DNA of 63,236 nt, counting the filler, from Octopus bimaculoides (lineage: Eukaryota), in the NCBI RefSeq assembly GCF_001194135.2. It is 4 parts of 4 records of this genome, joined end to end, with 100 filler letters (N's around TTAATTAATTAA, not from the genome) between each part and the next. Parts side by side here need not be neighbours in the genome. Positions count along the whole stretch, not along the records: positions 61,307 to 63,236 come from NC_068986.1; 3 more parts are not named here. The stretch is one strand, 5' to 3'. Positions 62,235 through 63,236 of this stretch are shown here, in pieces; within the stretch, counting starts at the first letter, position 1, and every line of letters begins with the position of its first letter. The translations under genes were made by a program, and so were the position numbers. Below the pieces are notes generated by a model. It made no database searches. It was not told where the DNA came from and saw only the letters and a program-made list of their open reading frames with translations.

Positions 62235-63094
62235 CTATCAATTGAAACAAATTAATTTTATAAAAAATTTATTACAGAAAAATAACAAAACACTACATGA
62301 AAAACCAAAAAAGACTATTAAGGAAATATAAATGAACATTTTTATCTCTTTAAACAAAAACTTATTAAAACTAATTTGATGTTAAAAAAAATTGGAAGAC
62401 AATATACATCAATAGGTCTTTTGGAAGCTACTTTTAGTTGTTATTGTGCAAATTAATCTCTCAATAAGATGTAAAAAGGCAATAGATCTTCCTTCTCACA
62501 GCACAACAACGCAACTCAATTTTGGTTGCTTCCAAAGCTGTTTCAGATTCTTTTTCCAGTTGACATCACCCTGTTGGATATTTATGGGTGGATAAAAATG
62601 ACAAAGACCTACATTCTACTCAATATACTTCCATTGAAAATATTTGGCTGAACATGTATTGATGTGTATGTAAACACATCCACTACATATTTTATTAATT
62701 CAAATCCTAAATACTGGTGACTGAAAACATGTGTCTGCATATTAATGGAGTTGTCAACTAGAAAACAATCCATGACTAGGTTCAATACCATCAGCTAGCA
62801 CCTAAGGTACCTTTAACAAAGTCCACTCTGGTGCAAGCATTTGGAACAAGGTCTCCAGTTTGAGGATACTCCTATCTATCTTTCACACCAGTCTCAAAAG
62901 CCCTGTAAAGAGTTATAGACACAGTCTTTACTTCCTGACTCAAAGATTGAAAGAAAAACAAAAAACTGATAACTAAAAAAAAATTTTAAAAAAAAAACCT
63001 TGATAGAAAAATAATTCTTAATGTATAGCAGTGTATAATGAACAATAATTGAGATGTGTGCACTGATGATTACAGGAAGAAGAACATTACATAC

Positions 63095-63236
63095 CGCTCT
63101 GTTCTCTAAATCAATTTTGTTTCCTATGACAACAAAAGGAAAATGCTCAGGGTCTCGAGGGCTAGCTTGTATGAGGAATTCATCCCTCCAACTGTCCAGT
63201 GATCTGAAAGTAGTTTGTGCTGTTACATCAAATACC
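63095..63236 (-). CDS. RAB7: Rab7 small GTPase, penultimate coding exon (runs off the window edge)
   Basis: Manual translation gives [47 protein letters not shown], with the G4 motif NKID and the Rab7-typical [15 protein letters not shown] phase-0 donor GCG|GTATGT follows at 63094. Confidence 0.97.

Overview
This is AT-rich, repeat-dense animal genomic DNA from a gapped draft assembly. The SINE, MITE and microsatellite content most resembles an octopus (coleoid cephalopod); that assignment is inferred, not verified. Almost every entry in the supplied ORF track is a microsatellite or N-gap artefact. The only gene I can name confidently is Rab7, whose last two coding exons lie at the right edge (minus strand, 63236-63095 and 62234-62016). 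Candidate exons of unidentified genes lie at 9595-9686/10276-10329 (+), 22147-22277 (+), 34079-33973 (-), 58366-58278 (-) and about 61100-60912 (-). The left edge holds a decayed LxxLL-rich, nuclear-receptor-coactivator-like pseudo-exon next to an RTE LINE fragment. The rest is a transposon graveyard: several tRNA-derived SINE families, RTE, L1/Tx1, R4/NeSL-like and CRE-like LINE fragments, Penelope-like GIY-YIG remnants, mariner, pogo/Tigger-like, piggyBac-like and hAT-like MITEs, and a Helitron scrap. The most interesting unannotated signals are a near-canonical minimal hammerhead ribozyme (28287-28248, -), a second degenerate hammerhead-like motif (55846-55930), a 174-bp near-perfect palindrome, a 90-bp inverted-repeat pair, and SINE segments that have amplified into minisatellites.
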